Shown: piece after piece, positions 63,804-64,000 of the stretch
Position numbering within the stretch: the stretch's first letter is position 1
Layout: the number at the start of each line of letters is the position of its first letter
Assembly (NCBI RefSeq): GCF_006345805.1
Contig: NC_043013.1
Span: 43,834,001 to 43,898,000, forward strand
Length of the DNA: 64,000 nt
Source of the DNA: Octopus sinensis
Taxonomy: Eukaryota
Direction of reading: 5' to 3'
Notes under the pieces: generated by a model
Told to the model about the DNA's origin: nothing
Seen by the model: only the letters and a program-made list of their open reading frames with translations
Databases searched by the model: none
Program-made: the position numbers and the translations under genes

Positions 63804-64000
63804 TTCATACACCCTCATATTACTAGAATTCTCTAATGCTTTACATGGTTCAACCTATGCAAGTTAAATGTGTGAATAACAAAATAGGTATTTTGAAAAG
63901 AATTATCAATAAAACTAGTTTTTAAACACTGAATGGCTATGTGGGTCCACCAGAATAAAATAGGAATTAAAGGGGCCCATAAATAAAAATGGTAGAAAAC

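Overview
Eukaryotic, AT-rich, repeat-dense genomic DNA; the SINE, MITE and microsatellite landscape looks like an octopus (coleoid cephalopod) genome, which is my inference. The window holds one protein-coding gene, a Gli/cubitus interruptus (Hedgehog effector) ortholog on the minus strand. I reconstructed 15 coding exons by hand from 59152 down to the stop at 17206. All have GT-AG boundaries with consistent phases and together give about 1530 codons: the N-terminal EEPST, DPRNG and EGRYHW motifs, the SUFU-binding SYGHL, five C2H2 fingers, a PKA RRxS cluster, polyQ tracts and the C-terminal DMSSxLxxLAEE motif. The start-codon exon was not found and probably lies beyond the right edge. Almost all other ORF-track entries are microsatellite or repeat noise. 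The introns and flank carry tRNA-derived SINEs (some as multimers inside one target-site duplication), RTE and R4/Dong-like LINE fragments, a truncated mariner, and Tc1/mariner-, hAT- and piggyBac-like MITEs. There are also several 170-530 bp foldback palindromes, some close to splice sites, and minimal hammerhead-ribozyme-like motifs. I see no convincing novel protein-coding system; the most interesting signals are RNA-structural and transposon-mechanistic. Exon and TSD coordinates were counted by hand; dispersed-repeat ends are approximate.
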